From Gammaproteobacteria bacterium (lineage in GTDB: Bacteria; Pseudomonadota; Gammaproteobacteria; Eutrophobiales; Eutrophobiaceae), in assembly GCA_965116585.1 (NCBI GenBank), contig OZ220714.1, positions 2,211,461-2,275,460 of the forward strand: 64,000 bases of DNA. Direction: 5' to 3'. Positions 51,802 through 60,066 of the stretch are shown here, one piece after another (position 1 is the first letter of the stretch; each line of letters starts with the position of its first letter). A program made the position numbers and the translations under genes. Below the pieces are notes generated by a model. That model was not told the DNA's origin and made no database searches. It worked only from the letters and a program-made list of their open reading frames with translations.

Positions 51802-53500
51802 GTTGAAATTTGCAAAAATTCTCCTGCTGGCTGCGCTGGTTTACACCGGCGGCTGTGCTGATAACGCGCAGGAGACCGTCTATACCAACGGCTTCGTGTA
51901 CACGGTGAACCCCGAACAACCAACGGCCGAAGCGCTGGCGGTCAGGGACGGGATGATCATCGCCGTGGGCGGCAACGAGGAGGTGCAGGCGCAGGTTTCG
52001 GACCGGGCGCGGGTTGTGGACCTTGAAGGCAGGATGCTGATGCCGGGAATCCACGATATGCACGCTCACCCCATGGAAGCCGGTGAGAAATACAACTTTC
52101 AGTGTGCGTTTCCATTCACGTTCACGGTGGCTGAGATCGTTGCGAAACTGACGGAGTGCGCGGCTGAGACACCACCCGGCGACTGGATTCGCGGCGGGCA
52201 GTGGGCCATGGAACTGCTGGAAAGCGAGACGGTGCCGCACAAGGATATTCTGGATGCGATCACCCGTGAGCATCCCATTTACCTGGGCGATTCCACCGTA
52301 CACGCGGCCTGGCTCAACTCTCCGGCCCTGGCGGCAATGGGCATTGACCGGGATACGCCGGACCCGCAGGGCGGCGTCATCATGCGCGACCTGGAAAGTG
52401 GGGAGCCGACCGGTATCCTGGTCGATAATGCCGCGTACAACATTCTGAGGGAATTGCCGGCCTATACCGATGAGCAGAACCAGACCGCGCTGGCCTGGTC
52501 CATGCATGAAATGAACAAGGTGGGCGTGACCACGATCAAGGATGCCCTGACTGACGGGCGTGGCCTGAGAGCTTACCGTGACCTGGATCAGGACGGTCGG
52601 CTCACGATGAAGGTCAGTACCAGCATCGCCTGGAAAATGATCTGGACCGAGACCGATTACGGGAAGAACGTGAGTGCGCGCGCCGAGTATGCCACGGAGA
52701 ATGTCGGCACCGAGTTTATCAAGATCATGCTGGACGGCGTGCCGCCGACCCGCACCTCCGCCATGCTGGAGCCCTACCTGCCTGATGAGAAACACGGTGA
52801 TAATTTCACCGGCAAGCTGATCCACTCCCCCGAAACCCTGACTGAAGACATGATCTACCTGGATGGCCAGGGCCTGACGGTGAAGATCCACGCCACCGGT
52901 GATCGCGCGGTGCGGGTAACGCTGGATGCGATTGAAGCGGCGCGCAAGGCCAACGGCGACTCCGGCATGATGCACGAGATCTCCCATGCGGAACTGGTCC
53001 ACCCCGATGACCTGCCGCGTTTCAAGGAGTTGAATGTGATCGCAGAGTTCTCCCCGATCCTCTGGTATCCCTCGCCCCTGGTGCAGGTGATGTCCCAGGT
53101 GATAGGAGAGGAACGCGCTAGCCGCTTCTGGCCGACCCGATCACTGTTGGAGGCGGGGGCGCATATCATCTACGGTTCCGACTGGCCCTCGGTGGTGCCC
53201 GACCCCAACCCCTGGCCGGGTATTGAAGCCATGGTGACCCGGCGTGATCCCTACGGTAACTTCTCCGGTGAGTTATGGCCGGAACAAGCCGTTGACCTGG
53301 AGACGGCGTTGCGGATCTTCACCATCAACGGCGCGCTCGCCGGGAAACAGGCGGACCGCACCGGCACTATTGAAGTAGGTAAGTCCGCCGATTTTATCGT
53401 GCTGGACCGGAACCTGTTTGATATTCCGGCGCAGGACATCAGTGATACGCAGGTGCTGTTGACGGTGGTGTCGGGACAGGAAGTTCATAGTTTGGAATAG
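51788..53500 (+). CDS. Amidohydrolase-family (YtcJ-like, Amidohydro_3) metal-dependent hydrolase, lipoprotein-type signal
   Basis: It has the lipobox-like LVYTGGC, a HDMHAHP metal-binding motif and C-terminal ...YGSDWP.... It overlaps the sulfatase gene by 14 nt. Confidence 0.85.
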   Translation: MNISELKFAKILLLAALVYTGGCADNAQETVYTNGFVYTVNPEQPTAEALAVRDGMIIAVGGNEEVQAQVSDRARVVDLEGRMLMPGIHDMHAHPMEAGEKYNFQCAFPFTFTVAEIVAKLTECAAETPPGDWIRGGQWAMELLESETVPHKDILDAITREHPIYLGDSTVHAAWLNSPALAAMGIDRDTPDPQGGVIMRDLESGEPTGILVDNAAYNILRELPAYTDEQNQTALAWSMHEMNKVGVTTIKDALTDGRGLRAYRDLDQDGRLTMKVSTSIAWKMIWTETDYGKNVSARAEYATENVGTEFIKIMLDGVPPTRTSAMLEPYLPDEKHGDNFTGKLIHSPETLTEDMIYLDGQGLTVKIHATGDRAVRVTLDAIEAARKANGDSGMMHEISHAELVHPDDLPRFKELNVIAEFSPILWYPSPLVQVMSQVIGEERASRFWPTRSLLEAGAHIIYGSDWPSVVPDPNPWPGIEAMVTRRDPYGNFSGELWPEQAVDLETALRIFTINGALAGKQADRTGTIEVGKSADFIVLDRNLFDIPAQDISDTQVLLTVVSGQEVHSLE

Positions 53501-53564
53501 AAATACTTCATTCGTCATTCCTGCATTCGCAGGACGAACAGGGTTTTACTGCCCCTATATAAAG

Positions 53565-53590
53565 AAAAGCCGATCCGGAGATCGGCTTTT
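53565..53590. terminator. Bidirectional rho-independent terminator AAAAGCCGATC-CGGA-GATCGGCTTTT
   Basis: Perfect 11-bp stem including A/T runs, between convergent genes. Confidence 0.7.
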
Positions 53591-53613
53591 CGGTTCAGCA
53601 GACCGAATGGAAG

Positions 53614-53907
53614 CTACTGGGTCAGTTTTTTGTACGTCAGCATCGTGTCGATCGTTTTGATAATGCAGCCGAGGTTGCTGCGTACCAAAGCGTCTTCAAG
53701 GCTTTCATCCTTATCCACTTTGCTGCTCCTGCGGTTGGTATGGCCGGTCTTATCGTAAGCACGATAAATGACCTGTGGCTTTACGTCCGACAGGGCGCAT
53801 TTGAGCATCACATCCCTTGCCTCAGCCATGAAAGGGCTGGCAACGGCGTGGCTGCCCACGATAAGGAGTAAAAAAACAATCACCAGGTATTTAAGCTTTA
53901 TTCTCAT
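53614..53907 (-). CDS. Small secreted hypothetical protein (97 aa, 2 Cys)
   Basis: It has the signal peptide MRIKLKYLVIVFLLLIVGSHAVA. It is AT-richer than its surroundings and I recognise no family. Confidence 0.45.
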   Translation of the reverse strand: MRIKLKYLVIVFLLLIVGSHAVASPFMAEARDVMLKCALSDVKPQVIYRAYDKTGHTNRRSSKVDKDESLEDALVRSNLGCIIKTIDTMLTYKKLTQ

Positions 53908-54072
53908 CGAAGTTCTCCTGTGGTTGGACCACAAGGGGAATACGCCCGGGGGCGTATTGCAGCCCTCGGGTCGGTTGCTGGGTCATGTCCGCGAAGGACA
54001 CGATCATCCCGCGGAACGGGAATGATTCTTTGAGGTATTTTCGATTTTTCATTACAAGTCTGTTCCATGTTG

Positions 54073-54099
54073 CCGGGGACAGACACGTTCTGTCCCCGG
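54073..54099 (-). terminator. Hairpin CCGGGGACAGA-CACGT-TCTGTCCCCGG downstream of the repeat-protein gene
   Basis: Perfect 11-bp stem whose arms match those of the palindrome at 27038-27065. Confidence 0.5.
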
Positions 54100-54117
54100 A
54101 TGTTCCAGTTCGCTTTT

Positions 54118-55821
54118 TCAAGGGGTAAAACAGGCGTATGGGCCATGGGCTATCACTTCCCATTTTCCGTTTCTGCACAGGTATCGCTTATATGCGGCAC
54201 AATAACTCTGGCCGTTACTGCATTCTGCTTTCTGACAACTCTTGGTTCCCGTTGCAGTGCGCGTCTTCGGCTGGTTATACCTGCCGCTACAGGAGTAATA
54301 GCTCTTCTGGGTAAACGTCTGGCCTTTGCATACCGTACCCGTAGACGGGCCATAAGGACCCCAACTGCAACCGCACCAGGAAGCCGTGCCTTGCGCGGTC
54401 TGGGATTCCTTCTTCCCACAAGTATTGGTGCGGGTCTGGGTGAAACTGCCGCACTTTGAGGCGCGGTCAGGGCTCCATCCCGTCGCGGTGCCGCAGCACT
54501 TTGTTCCTGTAGCACTACGACTCTCCGTACTACAGTTTTTCAGGGTGCGGGTCTGGGTGAAACTGCTCCCTGCACATACGGTACCTGGAGAGGGTTGCCA
54601 CCCGGTGGGCGTACATTCTCTGGGACAGGACTTGGTGCCGGTGGCGCTGCGGCTGTCACTGGAGCAATTGCTCAAGGTACGGGTTTGAGTCAGCTTCTGC
54701 CCACTACAGACTGTACTGGTTGAGGGACTCCAGGAGGTTATCTTGCAGCTTGGCGCACAACGTTTGGTGCCGGTGGCGCCACGGCTGTCCTGGGAGCAAT
54801 CGCTCAGTTTGCGGGTTTGAGTGAACTGTTGGCCGCTACAGACTGTGCCGGTTGCGGGACTCCAGGAACCGGCGTTGCAGGTTTGCGGGCAGTATTTTGT
54901 GCCGGTAGCCCTGCGGCTGTCGCTGGAGCAATTGCCCAGGGTGCGAGTCTGGGTAAATGACGTGCCACTGCAAGCCGTGTTGGTGGCAGGTGTCCAGGAA
55001 GTAACCGTACAGGTTGACGGACAGGACCGGGTGCCGCTGACCGTACGTCTGTCAGTGCTGCAATCACTCAGGGTACGGGATTGGGTCAGGGTATCCCTGC
55101 TGCACGCGCTGTCCCTGCCGGGCGACCAGGCTGTGACCGCGCAGGTCTTCGAACAGGATTTGCTGCCGTTCGCGCGGCGTTGCTCGGTGCTGCAATCCGC
55201 CCGGGTGCGGGTCTGAGTGAAACTGTTCCCGGCACAAATGCTACTGGCGCTTGGCGCCCATGCGCTGGTGGAACATTGTTTCTGCGGTGGCGGTGCGCAA
55301 GCCCCGTTGTCCACGCTGCGGCTGCGGGTCTGCACAGTGGGTTGGCAAAGATCGGGACAGGGCTTGACCGCATCGGTGGGGACGGAGCAGGTGCGCTGCT
55401 GGGTATAGCTGTGGACGCCACAGGCGGTGGGCGGGCTGCCTTGCCAGTTGCCCCAGGTTTCTGCGAGCTGGCACCAGTCCTTGTCGGCGCTCGCCTTGAT
55501 GTGGTCAAGAAAGTTATTGAACGTCGATGAATTTTTCAACACGACCGGGAAGCCGCCGGCACGGCCGGGGTCCACCCACAAACGGTACGGGTAGGGATGT
55601 TCCGTACTGCCGCTATAGCGTTTAACGATATTCTGCCGGTCCTGCGGCCACAGGATCATGACGTCCGGCTGGCCGGACTGCCAGTAACCGTGGTCTCCGT
55701 GTGTGTTGACGCGTTTATCAGTGTCACTGATGGTTTGTGCGCCGGCCGGTTGGGAGATGGCAAGGACGAGCGGCAACAGCTTGATGAGGGTAAATAATTT
55801 TTGTAAGTAGTTCATGTTCAA
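54118..55821 (-). CDS. Secreted cysteine-rich protein with ~9 tandem thrombospondin-type-1-like 44-aa modules
   Basis: It has the signal peptide MNMNYLQKLFTLIKLLPLVLAISQPAGA, an AAGGAG RBS and the repeat W-x-P-x5-C-x-G-x2-F-T-Q-T-R-T-x3-C-S-x-[DE]-S-R-x-A-T-G-T-K-x-C-x3-C. It lies 19 nt downstream of the PilV-like gene. Confidence 0.8.
   Translation of the reverse strand: MNMNYLQKLFTLIKLLPLVLAISQPAGAQTISDTDKRVNTHGDHGYWQSGQPDVMILWPQDRQNIVKRYSGSTEHPYPYRLWVDPGRAGGFPVVLKNSSTFNNFLDHIKASADKDWCQLAETWGNWQGSPPTACGVHSYTQQRTCSVPTDAVKPCPDLCQPTVQTRSRSVDNGACAPPPQKQCSTSAWAPSASSICAGNSFTQTRTRADCSTEQRRANGSKSCSKTCAVTAWSPGRDSACSRDTLTQSRTLSDCSTDRRTVSGTRSCPSTCTVTSWTPATNTACSGTSFTQTRTLGNCSSDSRRATGTKYCPQTCNAGSWSPATGTVCSGQQFTQTRKLSDCSQDSRGATGTKRCAPSCKITSWSPSTSTVCSGQKLTQTRTLSNCSSDSRSATGTKSCPRECTPTGWQPSPGTVCAGSSFTQTRTLKNCSTESRSATGTKCCGTATGWSPDRASKCGSFTQTRTNTCGKKESQTAQGTASWCGCSWGPYGPSTGTVCKGQTFTQKSYYSCSGRYNQPKTRTATGTKSCQKAECSNGQSYCAAYKRYLCRNGKWEVIAHGPYACFTP
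54496..55272 (-). repeat. Six well-conserved tandem 132-bp (44-codon) coding repeats; degenerate copies extend to about 54223-55455
   Basis: The periodicity shows in translation (aa 184-442), and the DNA units look roughly three-quarters identical by eye. Confidence 0.85.
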
Positions 55822-55840
55822 ACTCCTTCTTGGTTAGTCG

Positions 55841-56491
55841 TTACGGGTTAATGAGGATGTCGTTGAAGGTAGCGGTGGTACCGATGATAATGTCCGCTTC
55901 CACGGTGCCGGTGGCGCCGGGGTTACGGGCTATGACGCGCAATACGTCGGTTAAGCTGTTCTGGTTCAGGTCGATGGCGTCACCCATGCCGGCGTTGAAA
56001 CTCAAGGCGCCGCTCATCTGGTCTCCGGCGCGTTTGACGAACTCATCTTCGGCATCATCACGGCTGATAAAGGTATCCAGCAACGCCAGGTCGGTGGGGT
56101 CGGCGAAACCAACGGTGACCGTGTCAGCGCTGACCTGCGCCACCGCGCCCAGGCGCGCGGCAATGCGCCCGGCTTCGGCGTTGTCGGCTGCCTGATAGCG
56201 GATAGTGAAGCCGCCGGTTGCGGGAAACGCGAACACTGGCGCCGCAAAGCCCGGGTCGGCTTCCCAGATCGGCAGGTAGTCACGCAACGTGGCAATGTCC
56301 CCGGCATAGCTGCCGGACGCGGGGTTGTCCGGGTCGGAGACGTAGCGATGCTGCGCCAGGGCCAGTTGCACGATGGTGTTCTGGACCCGGTCCGGCACCA
56401 GCGAACGGGCGCGTTCTTCGATCCGAAAACTCAACCCCAGGGACAGCAGGCTGAACACCAGCATGAAGTAAACAGTGGGCAGGACGTTCAT
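55841..56491 (-). CDS. PilV-like minor pilin / tip-adhesin candidate (non-canonical N-terminus)
   Basis: It has an N-terminal hydrophobic segment. The motif RAGDQMSGALSFN...IDLNQNSLTDV recalls the motif at the end of the shufflon PilV constant region and phage tail-fibre proteins. It occupies the last pilin slot in the operon. Confidence 0.45.
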   Translation of the reverse strand: MNVLPTVYFMLVFSLLSLGLSFRIEERARSLVPDRVQNTIVQLALAQHRYVSDPDNPASGSYAGDIATLRDYLPIWEADPGFAAPVFAFPATGGFTIRYQAADNAEAGRIAARLGAVAQVSADTVTVGFADPTDLALLDTFISRDDAEDEFVKRAGDQMSGALSFNAGMGDAIDLNQNSLTDVLRVIARNPGATGTVEADIIIGTTATFNDILINP

Positions 56492-56940
56492 AACGGGTCA
56501 CAGGAAAAGTCGAGGCCGGCGTAGGCAAACAGGTTGTAGCTGTTGTTGGCGGCGCGGAACCCGGTGACATCGTGATCCGGGATGAACGTATAAGCGCCAC
56601 CTGCGTCAAACCCGCCCAGCGTTTGCCGGGGCAGGTAGGCCAGATAACCGGCGTTGCCGCTGACATCGACGCTGACCACGGGATGCTCTGCCGTGCGCCA
56701 GGTAAACGTCACGCCCTGGCTGTTGAAGTCGGCGGGCAGATTGCCCGCGGCCTGCAACATGGTCTGGGTGACTGTCCCCGGCAGGGCGTCGCAATGCGCG
56801 CCGATATAATCCATACCGGCGCGCTGCATTGCCTGCAAAGTCTGCATGTAGGCTTGTGTGTCCCGCTGCGGTTGCATCAAGGTCACGACCCCCATGAAGA
56901 CCGCCAGGGACAGGACCACCTGGTAGAAGACAGCTTGCAT
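56488..56940 (-). CDS. Membrane-anchored pilus-operon protein (pilin-like or PilM-like), 150 aa
   Basis: It has the N-terminal hydrophobic segment MQAVFYQVVLSLAVFMGVVTLM. It starts 3 nt after the upstream gene and shares an ATGA overlap with the downstream one. Confidence 0.45.
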   Translation of the reverse strand: MQAVFYQVVLSLAVFMGVVTLMQPQRDTQAYMQTLQAMQRAGMDYIGAHCDALPGTVTQTMLQAAGNLPADFNSQGVTFTWRTAEHPVVSVDVSGNAGYLAYLPRQTLGGFDAGGAYTFIPDHDVTGFRAANNSYNLFAYAGLDFSCDPL

Positions 56941-56943
56941 GGC

Positions 56944-57387
56944 TTACTTGATGACGACGGTGATAACGCTGGTGGCGCAGGCATTGGTGGCGGAGTCCGA
57001 GTCCACCTTGGCCCACTTGCCGGTGGTGGCCCGGTCCAGCAACCAGTTACAGCTCTTCTCATCGCCGGCATCGTAGGTGACGACGGGCGGCGTGGCGCCC
57101 GGGGACGCGGTGATATCCGTTTCAATCACGCTCTCATCCCCACCGTCTGCATACAGCTCGGAATCCAGGTAACCGTTGTCCACCAGCGCCTCAAAGTCGG
57201 CGCCTGCCAGGGCTGTATCGTTGCGGTTAACCCAGCGATACTCCGATGCGGCGTTGATAATGTTGGTGATTTCCGCTTCCATGTTGCGGTTCTCCGACTG
57301 GGTGACCAGCGGCGCCAGCGCGGTGTAAGCGCCGAAACCGACGACGCTGGTGATGATGAGTCCGAAGACAATTGCGACTTGATTCAT
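56944..57387 (-). CDS. Candidate major pilin (PilS position), 147 aa, non-canonical signal
   Basis: It has a strong GGAGG RBS, an N-terminal hydrophobic helix and a C-terminal Cys113...Cys137 pair like a pilin D-region. It immediately follows the platform gene. Confidence 0.5.
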   Translation of the reverse strand: MNQVAIVFGLIITSVVGFGAYTALAPLVTQSENRNMEAEITNIINAASEYRWVNRNDTALAGADFEALVDNGYLDSELYADGGDESVIETDITASPGATPPVVTYDAGDEKSCNWLLDRATTGKWAKVDSDSATNACATSVITVVIK

Positions 57388-57405
57388 GGTTTTTTCCTCC
57401 AGTGG

Positions 57406-58437
57406 TTACAGTTGAATTCCCATACCCATGGAAACCAGGGCAAACGGGATGGTGATGGCAATGCTGCTGGACAAAAACAGCATTGTGTAGAAACTCTGCC
57501 AGGCCTTGATGGCCCTGTTCAGCCTGATGTTCAGCATCCGGGCCGCCATGTTGAAACCCCTGGCGATCTCATCCTGGGTCTGGTTGGGCGTGCAGGCCAG
57601 GACGTGGGTGTAGGTATAAGGGGTTAAGACGTCGCCCAGCACTTGCAACAGGGAGGCCTCTTTCAGGCGCGCCCGGCTTTTGTGCAGCGCCTGACCCAGC
57701 AAACGTTGTCGGGAAAACGTTGTTTGCATCAGGCGCAGGTACTCATCAGGCGGCAGGCGGGTGGCGATCAGGGCGCCGCCGATTTTCAGGAAGCGCCGTT
57801 CGGTCAACATGGCATGGACCCGGAAACAGCCACAGGCCATCAGCGCGCTGCGTAACGGCCCGGTCAGCCGGAGCATGCACCAGTGGTAGAGGACCAACGC
57901 GGCTGCCGCCAGCGCTGCCAGTTGCGGCCACCAGGATTTGACAAAGGTGACGTAATCAAAGAACAGGACATAGCCGCTGGTGTAATTTTTCAGGTAAGGC
58001 AGCGTGTAGATGGACATGGCGGTCATGATCAGGCTCATGAAGATCCACTGCATGCTGCCGGAGAGGATTTGCAGTATTGCCGGGGCCCGTTCATCCTGGT
58101 CCAGCAGTAACTCCGTAACGGTATCCATGCAGTCGTAACGCTCCCCCAGTATCAACAGTTTGCTTTCCTGCTCGGTAAACAGTCCGGTGGCATGGTAATG
58201 GGTGGCGAAGGGCTGATTATTGCGAATGGCGCGCTTGCTGAGCCGGGCAATTTCCTGGATGGCCGGGTTGTTGCCGTGCTGCTGCACGTGGTTGAACACC
58301 CCAAGCAGGGGAAAATGGCTTCTCAGGTACTCCCGCAGGGTGGCGTAGAAGTAGGCGCGGGTATCGTTGTTGAACAGCAGGGTGCGCAGGTAGAGTGCTT
58401 TGAGCTGGTGCAGCCAGGTTTTAATTATGCCAGGCAT
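57406..58437 (-). CDS. GspF/PilC-family inner-membrane platform protein (PilR of R64 nomenclature)
   Basis: 343-aa protein with three hydrophobic segments separating two cytoplasmic helical domains. It lies downstream of the ATPase gene and overlaps it. Confidence 0.75.
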   Translation of the reverse strand: MPGIIKTWLHQLKALYLRTLLFNNDTRAYFYATLREYLRSHFPLLGVFNHVQQHGNNPAIQEIARLSKRAIRNNQPFATHYHATGLFTEQESKLLILGERYDCMDTVTELLLDQDERAPAILQILSGSMQWIFMSLIMTAMSIYTLPYLKNYTSGYVLFFDYVTFVKSWWPQLAALAAAALVLYHWCMLRLTGPLRSALMACGCFRVHAMLTERRFLKIGGALIATRLPPDEYLRLMQTTFSRQRLLGQALHKSRARLKEASLLQVLGDVLTPYTYTHVLACTPNQTQDEIARGFNMAARMLNIRLNRAIKAWQSFYTMLFLSSSIAITIPFALVSMGMGIQL

Positions 58438-60034
58438 CGTACAGGTTCCCTTTGTTGAAATTGCCTATCTTGCGTTGGGTGAGTAACGGGTCCAGTTCGC
58501 CATTGCTGATCTTCGTGCAAGCGTGCTGGTGGATATTCAGGATGCCGTTTGCGTGCATCCAGTCGCGCATTGCCTGGGGGTTGGTCGTATCCTTCAATAA
58601 ATACCTGTTGGCCTCGGTGATCGGGACGCACTCGGCCACCAGGGTAAGGCTGCCGATGCCGGTATGCCGGCAGGCGCTGCAACCGTATTTATTCTGAAAG
58701 CGGATATATTGACCGGCTTCGGCGCCGAAACCGGCACGGTAATAGTTCTGCCAGTACGGATCGGAGTGTTGTTCGAGTTTGCAATGATGGCAGAGCACGC
58801 CGATCAGGGACTGGACGATGATCAGGCTCAGGAAAGATTCGGAAAACAGGATGTCCGGGCTGATGCCGAGGTCGGCCCTGGACACCAGCCGGTTGATGGC
58901 GTCCACCCAGCCGGAGCCGTGGATGGAGGCGATCCCGGTAGTCCCTTGCAGCATCATGGAGGAGGCCATGACCGCGGTTTCCTTGTCGCGGATCTCGTTG
59001 ATGGCGATGAAGTCCACGTCGTGGCGGGTGGAGATACGCCGCAGCCGTTCCTTGTTTTCCCGGATAATGTCCTCGGTGCCTTCGATCGGTAGCTGGATTT
59101 GCACGAAGTTTTCCAGTTCCACCTCGATCTGGTCGGAGATCTCCAGGTTTTTCTCCAGCGCCGGCCGGGTCTTCATGATGGCCGTTTGCGTGGTGGACTT
59201 GCCGGAGTTGACCGCGCCGATGATTAAGGTAATGCCTTTGTTGGCGGCAACCTGTTTCAGGGTTTGCAACTGCGTCTCGTGGTAGCCCAGGGCGCTGAGG
59301 TCGGGGATATATTTCATGTCCCGCAGGCGGATAGCCAGACTGCGTTCGTCGGTCACCTTGGAATACCCGTAGGACACGCGGCACAGCCATTTCTGTCCGT
59401 TGTAATCGAAGTTGAAACGCCCGTCCTTGGCCACGTCGCCGTTGCTGAACGGCTGGTTCACGTAGATGTTCCAGACCGCGGCAATGATCTTTATGCCCTG
59501 GCTCTTGTCGAACGACTGGCTGGTAGAAAGCTGGCCGTAGATGCGTTGATACACGGTGGTCCTGTTATGCTTGATTTCCAGGTGGATGTCCGTAGCCTGG
59601 TTGTTGATGGCCTGTATCAGCAACTCGTTGACCTGGTTGGAGCTTTCCCGGGTTTGCTGTTGCAGGGAAAGTTCCTGGTTCCTGTTCATCCAGGATTCGA
59701 AGACCGAGCGCGTGGTCTGGCGAATCATGGGTTCCTGCTGCAGCGCTTCCCGGCTCAGGTTGATCAACTGGTTCAGTGCCAGCGCCTCGTGTTTGTTGAG
59801 GTCGCTACGGTCAATGCAATACAGTTGCTTGTCCTCGGCAATGAACCCGGGACAGGCGCCGTTCATTTTCCGGGTTTCCGTGAGGATATCGGCATTGGTC
59901 GTAGGCTGGATGTTTTCCAGTTCCTCATAATTGGTGATCAGCGGCGCTTCACACACCATATTCTCCGCGTGCTCCTGTTCGAACGACGGCAAGGCAGGCG
60001 CCTTATGCTGTTTTTTGAAGGTCTTGAACATCAT
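58421..60034 (-). CDS. GspE/PilB-family secretion ATPase (PilQ of R64 nomenclature)
   Basis: It has Walker A GAVNSGKST, Walker B/Asp box DFIAINEIRD, a His box TGIASIHG and the tetracysteine CHHC...CSAC. Confidence 0.9.
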   Translation of the reverse strand: MMFKTFKKQHKAPALPSFEQEHAENMVCEAPLITNYEELENIQPTTNADILTETRKMNGACPGFIAEDKQLYCIDRSDLNKHEALALNQLINLSREALQQEPMIRQTTRSVFESWMNRNQELSLQQQTRESSNQVNELLIQAINNQATDIHLEIKHNRTTVYQRIYGQLSTSQSFDKSQGIKIIAAVWNIYVNQPFSNGDVAKDGRFNFDYNGQKWLCRVSYGYSKVTDERSLAIRLRDMKYIPDLSALGYHETQLQTLKQVAANKGITLIIGAVNSGKSTTQTAIMKTRPALEKNLEISDQIEVELENFVQIQLPIEGTEDIIRENKERLRRISTRHDVDFIAINEIRDKETAVMASSMMLQGTTGIASIHGSGWVDAINRLVSRADLGISPDILFSESFLSLIIVQSLIGVLCHHCKLEQHSDPYWQNYYRAGFGAEAGQYIRFQNKYGCSACRHTGIGSLTLVAECVPITEANRYLLKDTTNPQAMRDWMHANGILNIHQHACTKISNGELDPLLTQRKIGNFNKGNLYDAWHN

Positions 60035-60066
60035 TGCCTAAAGATCATTGCCCAAAGATTATTGCC
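60032..60066 (-). repeat. 14-bp tandem repeat (about 2.5 copies) spanning the pilP-like stop and the ATPase start
   Basis: On the coding strand GGCAATA-ATCTTTGGGCAATG-ATCTTTAGGCAATG. It creates a 5-codon mini-ORF whose TGA overlaps the ATPase ATG. Confidence 0.9.

Noticed and set aside
54223-55455. The regular ~132-bp periodic repeats considered as a CRISPR-like or other non-coding array
   Set aside because: The repeats are in frame within one long ORF with a signal peptide and conserved Cys spacing. There is no repeat-spacer structure and there are no cas genes. They are coding tandem repeats.
54100-56491. A shufflon (invertible C-terminal PilV segments with 19-bp sfx repeats and an rci recombinase) downstream of the PilV-like gene
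   Set aside because: I saw no set of short inverted repeats, no alternative PilV C-terminal cassettes on the opposite strand, and no tyrosine recombinase gene. The space is filled by the co-oriented repeat-protein gene.
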